DNA from: Daphnia carinata
Taxonomy: Eukaryota
Assembly: GCF_022539665.2 (NCBI RefSeq)
Contig: NC_081333.1
Coordinates: 6,634,001 to 6,698,000, forward strand
DNA length: 64,000 bases
Direction of reading: 5' to 3'
The notes beneath the pieces were generated by a model. It was not told where the DNA came from and did no database searches. It was given only the letters and a program-made list of their open reading frames with translations. The position numbers and the translations under genes were made by a program. Positions within the stretch are counted from its first letter, which is position 1. Each line of letters opens with the position of its first letter. Positions 14,201 through 29,769 of the stretch are shown in pieces.

Positions 14201-17200
14201 TGCGTGAAACAGTGTCTGACGCTCACGGACACTTGTTGAACTGTGTAGGCTGTCATGTCTCCCCTCCCTGCCCTGAAGGTCTTGTACTGAATGCAACGTT
14301 CAAATTATAGTTGGACGCCGATTTTTTAATGCCTTTCCGTTTCGAACTGTCTTATTTTCTTTTACCAACGAAAAAGAAAAGCGTAGTTTGAAATCGACCT
14401 TTTTATTTTCTTTTATATCAAGAAGAAAAGCTTTCAGCTTTTAAAATCCCACTTTCGATTTTGGTCGCAAAAATTGCTCGGTAGATGGCGAAATCTTCGC
14501 TTTCGAGAAAACAAACGAAAATATACAAATAAAGAAATAAATAAAATAGGAGGCAAAAAAGAAAAAAGAAAAGAATTGCTCATTTTATTTTCAATGTTAA
14601 AGAAAATTGCAGACGCTGTTTCCTTTCAAATCGGAAGGGAGAATGTATGAAGAATACGGGTACAAGTGCGAGGCAGTGTATAGCGTTCGGATCAATCACT
14701 TTGCTGAAGGAACAGCAACAAGGTTTTCCACAGCCAGTCAAGTACGACAAGGAAGAGGGCAACAAAATGAACGATGGGACGTGTTGCATAAAGAAGGGAG
14801 AAAGGTAGAAAAAGGTCGAACTAGAACCCTGCTCAACCAAAACGCGGAGGGGGCGCAGAAGGAATGGCGAAGAATCATAGAAAACAAATGAAATAAAACG
14901 ATGGAAAAGAAAAGAAATAAAATAAACTTCTCGTGGATTTTGTTTAAATTCTGTTTTATATGCAAAGCCAAGCCAAGATTTTGACCACCAGCCGAATGAC
15001 TAAGTAGCAAAACAAAGAAAAATTATGTAGTTTCCAACGGTTTACAGCCAAAGTGGAAAAGGCACACATTCAAATGCGGACAGGAAAGAAAAATAAAATA
15101 AATGTTCAAATATTAAATACTAAAAAAAAAAAAAAAGGCAGACGAAGAAATAGCAGGCGATTGGGTGCGTGACTGGAACCGATACCTGTGCGCGTGTGGA
15201 TATAGGACTCGGTTGGCTGCTGAATATAAACGGGATCCCCCACCTGCTTCGTCTCTTTTTATCTCTCTTCCACTCTCCCTATCTATCTCCTAAACTTCAT
15301 GCTTAGTCCATTGAAAAGCAAAATTGGCTTCTACCTCTTTCAGAAAACAGATGGATCAGTCACGCATTTCGACTAGCCGTTTTGTTCAGCCTTTTGTGGC
15401 CGTTTTTTTTTTTGCCCATTTCCAAAGTCATTGGTTGGGCTGAAAAAGAAGCTATTCTCCCACCTACAAAAGGTGAATTTGAATACGCAGCAATATGGAT
15501 GATCGCTTGATTCGTTTCTCTCGTTCTTGGGCTTGCTTAGACGCCAAGTCATTTTGCCTAGCACCAGGCATATTGGCGACGAAAAGAGAAGCACAACTGC
15601 AAAAAAAACAACAAACATTTCTCTTTCGTCCTCATTTCTCGCCTCCTCTTCCCGTTTTCAATGATTCCCATCATTTTTATTTTTTTCTCCCACTTCCAGT
15701 TAATGATGAAGACACATTGTTTTTTTCGTATCCCTCATCTTCTAGCTGACGCATTCCATCCATTCCGCCCCTTCAGACATTATATAGACATATGCACACC
15801 TACGCCGTAGACATACAGTACATATATGAATCTTCGAACGCCAAACGCATTCCTTCCCGAGTTCCTGGGCCGCAGCGGATTCAGACTTCAAGCTGAGCGG
15901 GGTTGGAAATCTAGAAACATTGTAATGCAGGGTGAAAAGAAAGGCAAACTCATGGGATAAACCGGCCAGGGAAGAACATTGTGCGTTCACCTTGGCGTAG
16001 ATGTGGTACACTCAACCTGCCAACGAAACGGATACTGGAAACATGGAACAATAACAAGTCGTAAACAGAGGGAACTAAGGGTCAATAGCATAGAAGAAAG
16101 GACCGAAGGTTCAAAATCGCAGGTCTTGATGAAAAGGAGAAAGAAAATAACCTCCTCAACTTCCCTAAAAAAAAAATCCTTGAGAACTCTAACTCGTTAG
16201 CTTCGAAATGAATCTGTTGTCTGTCGGACGTTGCGTTTAGATGAAGTAATATTTCAGTTGGTGCCGTACGTAGTGATACGAATCTAACTATTTAAAAAAG
16301 CTTACCCTTGACCCCGATTGCAACTGTTTTAAAATGAAGATGGAGCCTAGAGGTCGGCCGGGTAGGCAGGTCATTTACCATCGTCAGTAAAAAAAAAAAA
16401 AAAAAAAGGAAAGAAAACAGGACGAGTAAAAGGGAAATGCTAGACGGTGACAAAGGTATGTCATCTTTTCATAAATCAGATGTATCTTTCTTTCAGTCTC
16501 AATTGTGACAACACCCCCATTTCCATACAAACACAGAATGCCCCTCTCCCCACTGTCTCCGTTGCGCTCGTGAGCAACTCGCTGGAGACACGACTCAAAT
16601 CGCGCATCCGATTTGAATGTATTAAATGCACCGAGACTTCAATAGAGAGAAGAAAGGAACAAACTTTCTCACCAACTGCCAAGCGTTTTGTCAATTCTTT
16701 CACGTACTTTATATAAGTATGCAAATTTAAAAGATCAAATTCAAAAGATGGCGTCACACCTACGCTATAGCTATGGACAGTACGTACCGTCCATTTCCTC
16801 AAATAGGTCTTCAATTTCTATTTTGTAGTCATTCGTTTTGTTGTTGTTGTATCGTTGCCTATTTTTTTCTCCGTCTATTTCTTTCCTATTGTATTGTGCG
16901 TGTACCCATTTTTGAATCTTAAGGCAAGATAACCACGTTTAATGAATTGGCCGGCCATATTTCTTCCTGCATGCAGCTATTCCGATTGCGTAGAAGGCAT
17001 GCTGGTCTCAGCACGTTTCTATCAATATGCTAACCGGGCGTCCGTGCCTGATGCCGCAGCGTGATTCCAACCTACTGACACAGAAAGTGGGATCTCAATC
17101 GCAGCGCCGACTAAGTTCAAGAATTTGTTTTTGTTATTTGTTTTCCGTTTTTCCCCTTCTTTTCCCACATTGTCGACGTTGACGTCGCTCTCCTTCACCC

Positions 17201-20200
17201 CAACCCAAATAATTGTGAGCACCGCACTCGTACCCAAATGATCCGTTTTTTCTCTTATATGGGCAAGCAACAAAATGAGGAGAAATAAAAAGCGTGTTTT
17301 GACTCGACGCTTAACGAGTTGAGCAGTGTCTCAAAGCCCTCACGCTGGTTATGGAAAATCATAAAAGAGCGCGACATTTCAAGGCATGTCATGTCGTTAA
17401 AAGGTAGCTTCATTCCATTAAAAAAAAAAAAAAGAAAATGTAAAGCTTAGTAATGCAGAGAGGAGATCGAAATGATTATAAAGCAAAACTGACGTGGTGG
17501 GATTCTTGTACGCCGCGTTGAATACAACGCCATCAAACTGAATCAGCGTTTAATGCTTTCCTTGTTTGTATCTGTGTGTCGCAGTGCCTATTGGATCCCG
17601 TTTTATTTATCCCGTTGATTATCATTTTAAAAAAAAACACAGTTAAGAATGTATTCTGATAGAAATCAACGCAGTGCATGATAGTGGTTTGCATCATGGG
17701 TTGTACGTGAAACACTGCATCGTCAGACGAATATGGGCCATATAAGACCGATATTACCGATGACGAAAGATGAGAAAAGGTCGTGAGAACCTTTCCTTTT
17801 TTTTTTTTTTATCTCCGTCATTGCAGAGAGTCGGCCACTGGAGACGCAATCGTTTCGTTTGACAGTCTTCTTCTATTTGCGTGTGTTGTCGTTCTCTCGT
17901 CGCTCAATGGCGCCCATACGGCCGAACGTGCACACAGCTTCACGCCGTCACTGGTATTCGGTTGGTGTTATACAGAGCGTTGAAGGTACTGAATAGTAAT
18001 AATCATTTTTAAGAGGAAGATTACGACCGGCTGATGGTGAAAAGAAACCGACGAAATTCTTTTGACTTTCCGTGTACCGCAACTGGCCGGGGATTCCCAT
18101 TCTTCTTCGTTCTTTCATATTTACAGTCGGGCTCTTGGCTAGGCTTAGGTGGGGGAGGAAGAACGAAAGGCATAACACGTTCCAGCGCGTGAACAATAGA
18201 AAGAAGAATGAGGGGAAAAAGACGGGAAAAAAAAATACATTTTTTGAATGAAAAGCAAAAAAAAAAAAAAAAAAAAAAAAAATAAATATATAAACTAAAA
18301 AATGTTTTTTTTTTGGTAGACGCCATTGAAGCCTTGTCGGCGATCAGTCTGATTTATTCCCGACTATGTGACTCCACCCGAAAAAGCCAATACTTGGGGC
18401 TTATATTTCTCTCTCGTTTTCTGGTTCCTTGCTTAGCTCGTTGAACCTGAAGCGAGAGGAAATAACAAGAAAAAAAAAAAAAAACAACAAAACAACCAAC
18501 CCACCCTCCATCCATCTATTTTCTTTCCCCCTACGTTCCGCCTTGAGTCTTGTACCTCCCGCTGGAACAGTGGAACTTTGAGGTTTTTAGATTCGTTATT
18601 ATGTTCAGTGCGTAAGCATTCGGCCTTGTTTCTTTTTTTTTTTTTCTTCTTTCTTATGCCCTCGTACATATACTCGCATATAAAAACAGCTTTCTTGACT
18701 CTGATAAGTTCGTTGTTCTTTCGGTCGGTTGTGCCGCGCGTCTTTCCTCCGCACGTCGGCGGCGGCGTCCACGGCGCGTGAGTGATAGTTGCATCACACT
18801 ACCACCATCATCAACATATAACTGCCCACCGATCATAAGGAATGGAGGCTGAAGGCGAAACCACTCTTGTTCCTTTATCATCTTCTTCTCCTTAGTCTTT
18901 TTTCCCACTTCGTTTCTGTCGAGTTGGGAAACTTGGATATGTAGACAATGAATCGATTATCTTTCCTGATGTTTCATTTTTTTTTTCTTTTTCTTCTTCT
19001 TCTTCTTCTTTCTTTTCTTTTTTTTTTTTCCTGGGATTTCGTTTTCCCCCTCTCTTTTTTCTCGTTACTTTTTAACCCTCTGGTCTTTGATTCTTGTTCT
19101 TACCTGTGGAGTATAGAGCCTCTCTCTCTCTCTCTTCTTTACACTTATGCGCAATTCCGGAGATTGCGCACGTAAGGCTCTCTTCACACATAAACATTAA
19201 AAAAAAAAAGGACCGGAACTCGGGTTAAAAACGAAAAAGAAAAAAAAAACCAGTCGGCCGTGGGAATCTGGCGCTCCCTTCCACTTTTTTTGTTTTTTTT
19301 ATTATTATTATTATTATTATCACTATTAACATTGCATTACAAAGGGAGATGTACTGGCGTTTTATAGTTTCATTTGTCTAAAGGGAAAGGATGTTACGAA
19401 AAGTGCTGCCCGTATTGCTTAAACCGTGCACTTGTACACGAGCAATCATTTGCGACTCGCGGCAAAGAAAAATGCTGGAAACAAAACGAAAGCGAAGAAT
19501 AAAAAAAACAAAAACAAAAGGAAGATCGCATCTGCGTCAAGACATTAAAAAAAAATAGTTAAAACAATAGAACTAAAGCAATCAATCTTCACAAACAATC
19601 TTTGCGTTTTGTTTCATCGTTTTTCGGATAGCTCATTAGCAAAAATGAAGGACACAAACTAAAATGGCGTGAACAGAGGCTCGTATTATATTTAGGAGAG
19701 CTTTCAGTATGATAGCGTTACATGCCGATCGTGTCAATAAGCCGAGCGAAGATCACACGACCGATGGAATGGCAGATTCATTTTCAAGCGACGGACCTCG
19801 AGCCGGCCGTGCAACTTACCGCACGCACCATAAAGCCAATTTTTCAAGCTGAACTTGACCAATTGTCTATAGACCGAGTGGCATTCCTGTTGAATCAAAT
19901 GGCCTTTCCCTTTTGAATCTCCGTCGTCCCTTCCGTGATGATCGAGTGCTATAAGCTTCTTCGAACAGAAGAACACATAAAACGAGGTTTTTCTATTTGG
20001 CGCCGATTGACGCCGAGAGATAAAAAAAAAAAAGAGAGAGAAAAAGAGAGAGAGTGAAACGTGATGTTCTCGGAATCGAAAACCAGTTGGAAGAGAAGGT
20101 GAAATATAAATAAATAACATAAAACGCATTTTCCACACCTGCCAGTCGCCCTTGTTCGGACGGGCTGGTCGTATATGGCCTTTCATCTCTGCTTGCGGTT

Positions 20201-20459
20201 CCACGTTCTTCTTTTTTTTTTTTCATATAAAAAATAAAAACAATAAAAACAAAAGACAAAATAAAATAGAATAAAAATACTAGAAAGAACGGCCTCCCAC
20301 GATCGGTCGTCATCCACCTCTTCTGGCCCTCCCCTCTTACCTCTATCTTCATTGTTACGGGGTTTCTTTACCTTATCATTTAGAAAATAGCCGAAAATTC
20401 ATGAACGAAAAAAAAAAAAAAAAAAGAGGGAGGGAAAATGTGCATGTATTCAACCCAAC

Positions 20460-20492
<33 letters not shown>

Positions 20493-21015
20493 GTTAAAAA
20501 AATCCTAGTCGGCTACTTCGTCATCTTCTTCATCTTTTCTTTTTTGTTTTGGTTGCTCTTACCTATACCGACAGTATACGTAGCCCTGTGTTAACGTACA
20601 TACTTGTGTGTCGAAGGGGGGGCCTTTGGCTGGAGCTGTTATTTTCCACTCGCCCTTACTATATCTTCCCTTCCGGCGTTCCCCTCCATTTTTTTTCCCC
20701 CCTCAAAGTTCGTGCATACGTGTAGATGCATGTGCGTGTGGTGTGTGTATATGTGTGTGGGAGAGTGTGTTGGGGTTTTAATAACAGCTGCAAGGTAAGG
20801 AGAGGTAAAAGGTAGAAGACGGCATTGCTGGTGGGGTTCTCTCCTTCTCCTTCTCCTTCTCCTCCTCCTCCTTCTTCTATCTATCTTTCTTCACCTTCTT
20901 CTTCTTGTTTTCGTTATCCCTTTTCAAAAGTATTCAGCATTGAGGAATCTCCCTCGGTTTCTTTCCTCAGAAAAGCGCCAGTTGATCTTCAGTTATTCGC
21001 CGGTGAACAAGTCAC

Positions 21016-21046
<31 letters not shown>

Positions 21047-21332
21047 ACTCCAGAGAACTTTTGATTTCTGTAGCCATCAAGAGTGGCCCTTTTTGTGATT
21101 GGGACGTTACTTTCTGTACTGCCCATCAACCGGTAGACTCGCACATCATCGCATCAGAAGCACATTATATTTTCTGTGTTGTTGGTTGTGTTTTGTTTTT
21201 ACTTGCTGCAACAACTAGTTGTGTTTCGTCAGCAAGATCTTCTTTGTTTTTATTTTCGTCTGCTGAACTATTTGTTAAAAAGCCATTGGATACACAATCA
21301 GGTGCTATTCATCCGTTGATAACCAACATGGA

Positions 21333-24300
21333 ATGATCCAGGTTAGGATTTTTTTTCTTCCCATTTCATTTTTTTTTTCAATTTCAAATTGTTGAATAAA
21401 CCCCTTGTAATAAAGCCAAGGGCATCGCCTTCACTAGCTACTAAAGACGAACTGCGCCGTAACAACAGGCGGTATCGCTAGCTAACATCGCAAGATAGAC
21501 ACAGTATTATAAAAGCGAAAGAAGAGAGAAGAAAGAATCAGCTTTTTTTTTTTATCATAAATGCGATAGAGATCAGAGCAGGCTGTTTAAAGAGCTGCCG
21601 TTGTGGATGGCCAATTGACTTCAGGGCGAAGAAAAAGAAAAATAATCGTGATTTTTTAGCCATGTGTACAGGTGGGAAAATGTTGTCGATATACAATATA
21701 TAAACATTTTTGAACGGCCTGAAGCAGGGGTCGTATCGGTTCGTCAAGTTGACTGCACACGCGCACGCGCTTCCCTCCCTGAGTGCGGCTGCTGGCGCAT
21801 CTAATGAGCCATCCGGCTGCATTATTTTACATCAATAATGAGGGGACGTGCTCCGACAGGTGCAGTGAGAAACAGGATGAGGAAGGCATAGTGTTGCTGA
21901 GGGAATCAGATAGAAATCCAAGCCAAAGGCTCGTGTTGTTATGGCGTGCTCATCATCCACCAGTCGGCCAGTCGCATACGATGGATGATGGATTGTCGTC
22001 AGCCTATCTACATGAATTTTCGGCCCAGGCAAACGTCCCTATTCCAGAAGCCAATTGCAACAAAGTTCAAGAGAGTGACAAAGGGGAAGGTAGCTACTCA
22101 GTCGTAACATTTCCGCTCACTTTCCGCACGACATCCTCACTTTATTTCGCCTTTATTAAAAGTCAAAACCCTCGCAATGTCCATCGTTTGAAATATCCCC
22201 CCCCCCCCCATTACCTCGATCATATCCGCTACGAAACAAAGAGAAAAAAACAAAACGTTGCAAAGAATAGAATTGCAAAGCAAGCATTATGCATGGATGG
22301 CTATCGTTTGCTTTTTGCGCAACCGAATGAGAATTAGATGAGACGGTTTACGAGATGGCGAAATGAAAAAAAAAATAAATAAATAATAACACAAAACAAA
22401 AATCCATTCAGCCACTACCGAATTCGACCACCTCCACGCACGCATAATATCATACAACATCTCCATTCCAATCATGCAGGCCATCGATATTTCATTATAA
22501 ATTATACAGTCGGCTGAGATTTGTTTTCGTCGATGAGTCGATGAGGCGTACCCCAATGGTCGATGAAGAGGAAAGGCAAGACAAGGAGGCATAACGGTTT
22601 GGCCTACGGTTCTGTGTCGCTGATCCCGAATGCAAATACATTTCGAAACAGCTTTCAAGGTGGAAGGCGGAGCAGATTGATTCTGTTTCAAAGAAGATCG
22701 ATGCCAACCTTTCTCGTGTCCTTGTTTTCGTTTTTTGACTCCGATTGTGATTATATTCTAATTCCTGGACTTTTTTTTTTTGTTGTTGTTGTTCCTGTTG
22801 TTCGATTTCCATCACGAAACCTTGCCTGCCGTGGTCATTCAGTTGGTGAGTCAGCAGCGAGAGAATAATGACACGACCGCAGCTGCCTCTTCCGTCCTCT
22901 ACCACTACGCCCCGCCGTTGCCTTTGAAATTGTTTACCGCTCCCCGCAGTCATCAGTTGACTCGACAGAGACCGCCACTGTCTACTGGACCTGGTAAGAA
23001 CATAATTACAAACAAACCATTTATCTCATGTTTTCAACGATGTTTTATTCGGATAATTTAAAACAACCAGGGTAGGCAAGCTGTAGAGAAACGCGATGTG
23101 TTTTTTTTTTGTTGTAGAATGGCTCTTAGAATGCTAAACTTTTAGTATAGTGTTTTTTTTATCGTTCCCATCAATCAAATGTAACATTGAGAGGAAGGTT
23201 TCTTTCGACGCCCGTCCGCAACAGGATGTGCCCCCAACAAGGTCGTGTTATTAGCAAATTATTAATGGAGACAAGTCACATTTTTTTTAATGTCCAGTGT
23301 GGCCAAAATCACCTGACCATATTTACCAAATACATCAAAACATCGATTTTTTAGAAATATTTCTTCCTTCACAATAACACAATCACAGTCTTAGAATGTA
23401 TGTTTTGAGGAAGGAATAACGTGCAGCAGGAAAGAACTGTAAACGATCAAATGTTTACTCTCATTGTTCGAATATGGTTTCTTGAACTGCGCTATTGTTC
23501 ACGACGGGAAGGGATTGAATTCAAAGGAGATAGAAAGATTGAGAAGTGGTGAGGGTCGATTATAGTACTATCGCATAATCGGCAATTAACCAAAAAAGAA
23601 CTTTGAAAAACGCTCATTACGAAAAGCGCCTAGAGCTGCTTTCAAATATCAATCCTTCCGGAGCTATGCGTTGTTGTTGATGTTATTTTCACTGCTATCT
23701 CAGCTGCCGTTTGGTGCCTCAATAGAGGTGGGGAGATAGAAGGTTGGGTGGAGAAACGATGACGGGGAATTCGGTCGTGAGCATTTCAGTCTTAATTGCC
23801 AACAGAGAGAGGCATTGTCCTTATGAAGCTGATGCTAGTTCCGCACCGGGATTCCTCGTCTCTATCTCTGAACATAGAAACAGAAACAGACGCAAGGGGG
23901 GAGGTCAATGGATTTTTAATGACCTCGTTACCTTCAACATGTGAAACTCGGAATTAAATCCCCTCTCTAAAAAAAGAACAAATCAAAAGGTTTTTTTTTC
24001 CCCTACACTTGGCTATCTACAAGAAAACTTTCATTAACGTGAGATGATGAAACAAGCCAAAAACTACGAGAGATCTCTTCTCTTTGATTCTTTTTTTTTT
24101 TTTTTTTTTGAAGTCATTGTTTCGACTCTTCTTCGTTATTCTCTTCAATAAAAGTCAGTGGGCGAACGTGAGGATCACGAACAGTTGAACTATTCATTTT
24201 TTTTTCCATCTTTTAAAAATCTTCAATCATTTGATTCAACATCACAGTAACCCTAATCAAAGAAAAAAACATGAAAATAGAAAGCCAAATAGAGACAAGA

Positions 24301-27300
24301 CTGAGCATGTGTGTACGAGTAACGTAAAAAAAAGAAAAGAAAAGAAAAACACCTGTGCAACAATGATGTCGTGTCGTGTGGCGCCATATTTTCAAGGCTG
24401 GACACGTATTCGATGCGAATGAAAACGCAACTGCGAATCGGCAGTAAAATGAAAAGTGATCGAGATAAATGAAAAAAGGAAGTCGTAGAACGACCGGTTC
24501 GAAAAAGGCGTCCCCATTTTCTACTTTCGGCTTTGAAGTTGATCTAAATAATGAGACGTTGTAGCTAAATAACAGAGCAAGTGGGTCTGTGAACCAACCA
24601 AACATCAACAAAATGCGAAACGACACATCGACGTCACCGTGTTCTTCTCTCACGCTGGTGATCATCGAAAGACATCAGTGCCCAACCCAATGAACCATTT
24701 GATACCGTCGTCATGATGAGCTTCCGTCGATTGTAAACGTTGAATGCAAAACTTTCTAAAAAGGACCTTTTTTTTTTTTAAGGCCTTACTATTTATTTTT
24801 CACCTGGCAAAACAAGAGGGCTGATGCCACGGTTGCTGGTTATACGAACTCTCGATGATAATTTCTGACTAGCTCATTTTTATGGCACCATCCAAAACCT
24901 CTGATACAACAACAATGGCATGGTTATCGTTATATACGGTTCCGCTTTTCTCTTGCCCTGAAGCTAAGTTTTTTTGTTTTTTTTTCTTTTTTTCCCTTTT
25001 CCCGATTAAATCGTTTTGCTATTTCGCGCTGGTTTTCTGCCTGATTTACGCTAACAGGCTTTCGAGTAGAGGTCGGGGCTAATCGGTCATCCCTTCACCT
25101 GAACGAAAATGAAGTAAGCGCGAAGCAAAAGAGATTCTTCTTCATCGAATAGTAACGGAGGTGTGAAAGAAACGAAAGAAATGAAAACAAAAATAGCGGG
25201 TGAGGTGGCGTGGCTTCCATACAATAACACGAATCCGGTAACGATTTGTTCTGCTGCGTATACTTCATTTTCATAAACAAACTCTGTTTTTTTTATTCTG
25301 CTCTCGTTCGTCTTAGTTAAGTGCGTACCCCCAAACAATCCAGCATGGTTTACGGTAGTGAGACACCAACAGGAAATCGGTAGACCAAATCCAATTTGCC
25401 AGATTTTGTTAACGATTAGAGACTCGTGTCTCACCATCAGCTCACTCATCTAGATTGAAATGCCCTTACGTTTTGCCATTCTTTTACGAGGTGTTGGAAT
25501 GAAAACACGCGATAGACAATGCAGCTAGCTGTATCTGACAAGCCTACTGAGGTCATTTTGCAGCAAACATTGCCCTTTGTGTTTGGCTGTAACGGATCTT
25601 TTCGACGCAATTAGATTAGTGTCGCTCTAGTTGCGCCTTTCCCGATTCATGCATCACAATCTTGGACATTTCATTTGAGTGTCCCAAGTGGGAACGCCAA
25701 CTATACGTCACGTTGAAAAGCCGTTTTTTTAAACTTCATGTTACCTCTTGTGTTGATGGCTTTTCTACCGCAACGCTAGGTAATTGGTTATTCTTGTTCA
25801 TCGATGGTAGATAATTGGTGCGTTTTCCCTCTTTTTTTTTTTTTTTTTTAATCTGCCATGTTCTCTCAATTTTACGAGCTCTAGAGTTCTATAGCTCTTG
25901 GCGTATCTTTCACCTTTCATTACGGCAAACGTGCAGTTTAATTTTAGAGAACACACACACACACACACACACAACGGTAGCTTTGTCACGAGTTTGTTTT
26001 TCGCCTCATGATAGGGTCTAGCCGCTGCTTATTACCATTCGCCTTCATTCTTCTTAGTCACGGAAACAACGAGAGAGAGAGAAAAAGTTTAGCCACAAAA
26101 GATAAAAATAGATAATCCTACTTGCAGCACGTCATCTCATTGCCGTCTCGTCAATTGCAATTCTGGCCTTCCATTCCTGTTTTTTTTTTGTTTTTTTTGG
26201 TGACCTATAAAGTTGAAAAGCGGTGGAAGGCACTGTTGTCATCCCTATAAGGTGAACATGTGCCCGAGTACGTTCAAAAATTCCAGTATTTCATTCGCTC
26301 CCAATAGTCTTTTATAGTGGCATGAAAAAAATAAAATAAAACGGGATGTGTACGATGGAGAACCCGATAGGTTGAACTCGCTCAATATCCATTTCGTCCC
26401 TGTCGAATTGATGTCGGCTCATGAGTAACCATGTCAGCCAACGACGACCAACGTCTCGTCCATTATCGAGTCATTCCATGTTCGAAAATATTTTGGCATG
26501 ATAAATTACACGATAGGGAAATCCGAAATGTTCTTACAAGAGATAGCCAGCCATCTAGATATCCAGGTAGATAGTCCACATCAAAATCGGAGAAACACGC
26601 GCTCCCTTTATAAGTCCTACTGATGCGCAACATCGAATCAGACTGTTCTGCTCATCAATAACACCTTGTAACTGGTAAAACAGGTAAGGTGGAAGAGCTC
26701 CTCGATGCAGATGCTCTTCGCCCATATTTTGCTTTGAATGGTTTGGACGACAGTTGAAATGCTACTACTCTAAATCGCCTTGAAGACACGTTCATAAAAA
26801 TATACTTCGAAATAAAAAAAAAAAGGTACACCAATACTGCCGTCAAAGGCGCTTCAATTGTTATCGTAAAAAGTATGCAAAAAGACCACATGTAAGAAAA
26901 ACGTGGCTTCCATTCTTTAGTTGATAGCAGGGTGGTCGTCTTTTTTTTTTTTTATTCTCTTCTGAACTTGAATTCTTATTTACGACGAGATGAGAAGAAT
27001 AAAGGGTTAATGGAAATAGCAAAGATTCATCTGCACGATCGTCCGTGACTAGAGGATGGAACACAATGTACACATGACCAACGATGTCGGTGGGCCCATG
27101 TTCCCTCATACGATGCCGGGTGCTGGATCATGCGTTTCTCTGACACTGCACTCTTATCCCCTCTTTACTTGATATTGTGCGCTCTTTTTATACACCATTT
27201 TCATGCAAATTTCAAAGACCATGGATGTCGACAGATTGTTTTTTTTTTTTCTCTTGCGCAATTTTTCTCGCAGCAATTCTTTATTTTATTGACGATTCGA

Positions 27301-29724
27301 AGCTCAACCCAAATAACTTTTAAGCTCGAAAAAACCGAAATCGTAAAAGACTTTATCTACTGGATCTTTTTTTTTTTTTTTTTTTTTTGTTTCTCTTGCC
27401 TATCTTTGTGAAATACTTATAGGACTACCGTGTGTGCGCTTATTAACCAATTATGGAAAATGTCCTCAAAAACTAGCAGGTAGCGAAAAAAAAAAAAAAT
27501 CTTCTTAAGGTCAGCCAGCTGGGTCGAAAATTTACCCACAAAAACAAACCCGTTGGCTCATTTTGATGTCCTATAAAGCCTTACTTGGCGTACGCTCCGC
27601 TACGACTGACAGTTGGACGCACTTGAATGACACAAAAGCTAAAAACAACAGGTTAAACAGAAAGAGATGAATGTACACGATAGTTTGGTCTTTTGGTGGA
27701 GAAGATACGCAGACGAAAACGGAGACAGACGAACGAAACAATGGGCTAGAGAGAGTCATCGTCGCTGTTGCAACCAAGGCTCCCTAAATAATCGAGAAGA
27801 GACGCCTGCCAATCACGGTACTCAAGAACGTTGGGTTGCCGTAAAGACAGACGGGTCTATGAAGTCCCAGTGAAGGAATAAATTAAGACAAGAGACCCAC
27901 TTTACCTAGGTTTCCCACGCAAGCACATGTTGATTGATGCCACACACACGCAAAAAAAAAAAAAAACGAAAACAAAAGAAAAACTGAGAAGAAGACGAAG
28001 ATGAATTCGTTGTGAAAAATAAGGATTAAAAAACAACAACAACAACAACAAAAGAAATGCGCTTGCTAATATACAGTATGTCCATACAATGTGGGATAAC
28101 ATAATAACAAGGTGGTAACAAAAAAAAAAGTTTAAGCCAATGGTGACAGTCATAAGAAAAAGAAAACGGAGTCGTGATGATGTCTTTGAGCAGAATCGTG
28201 GCACGACGTAGAGGGCAATTGAAGAAATCAGCAAAGAATCCCAGTGATTATCATAACGTTTGTCTACGCGGCGCAGCTGCTACGTACCCCCACTGCGCGC
28301 GCAATTGTGCACTTTTCCAACGCCGACCATCAGGTGGTAATGAAACCCCACGATGGACGGACAAAGACAATGAAGAGGAAAGAAGGGGAAAAGAAAAAAA
28401 GAAAAGAGAGAGAAGGTAAGCGAACATGAGTTTGAGTGCTGCGAACAATCAAGAAGGCGGAGCAAAAGTCGTCGTTAGAAGATTGCGCCTCGAGTTATCT
28501 TTGGGAGACGGTAATGCGACAGAGACTTAGCGCTCTAAACTCTTTTGCTTTTAGGCGGGACCGATAAACCGAAACCGGCTAAAGTTGACTGGATTCAAAG
28601 TCACACCGAAAAACAAAACATACCGGAGAGTGTTTCACTGGAATTTGTTGATTGCTCTTCATTTTGCCTTTAGCGATTTTTCACACGACATCTGTCATTG
28701 CTTGGCACTCCGTACACAAGTGAGCGCAGAAAGAAGAGGCCAATCAACTTGCGCAGCGTGAAGGATTGTATAGAGAGGATCATAGGTCATTTCACCGCTC
28801 GCTACAGCAACAGCCGGCATGTCGAGTCGACAAATACAAACTCCCTTGAAAAAACAAAAACAAAAAAAAGATGAAAAAAAAGTAAAAACTCGATAAAGGA
28901 AGTTTTATTTCGAGATTTCGCACGATGAGTGCGTTGTGTATGAAATCGTAGCGTGTAGCCAAAAATGTACCGACTTTTCAGTTCTTTCACAGTCGGCTAT
29001 CCAGGCTTTGGTACTTACGTATTTTGCTTGGTTTTTTTTTTTTTTCTTTTTTTTCGAAAGAGGGAAACAAAAACGTTGCGTCCTTTGGAACGGTTCCGCG
29101 TAGCAGATGATAATAGTAGTAATCATCAAGATGACGGTGATGAATATAATGACAAAGACCCGAAAAACGATCATAGGTTTTTGTCTGTCACAGTTCCGCT
29201 CGTGTAAAGCTATGCTAAACTTTGACACAGGTCTAAAGGTCTCTTTTTTATTTCTTAACTTATGGGGAATGGCTTAGGATTGCCTACTTTGAGGCTGTCA
29301 AAACTGTCAAGCGAGAGAAGCTGGATCTATACTGACGCTGTTCTACACATTTCCGTATAATAACTCTTCCTTAGTCCCGCTTGCCTTTTCGAAGACAACG
29401 TCCCAGCTCGTCTAGTTGGCCTCATTTCCTTAAGAATCAGAGACACAATCTACAAGGTTTTTTTTTTCTTTTCCGGAACGATCTCCGTTCGTCCTTTGAA
29501 ATTTCCATTTTCTTGTTATTTTTACCTTCGGTTAGGGTTTTGTTTCATCATGTCGTCTTTCTTTTTTTTTTTTTTTTTATTTCACCGTTTCCCTTAAAAG
29601 AGTTTCTATACTTCCTAAAGACTGTCAGTATAGGTGGACTGGCAGTCCGGTATCAAAAACCGAGTGGACATAACGCCTTTGCTCTTAAAACGGCTCGCTT
29701 TGGTTCACCCTGGATGCAGTCGTT

Positions 29725-29769
<45 letters not shown>

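Noticed and set aside
19144..19176. Hairpin TGCGCAAT-TCCGGAG-ATTGCGCA
   Set aside because: The 8-bp stem is too short for a pre-miRNA and is plausible by chance in 64 kb.
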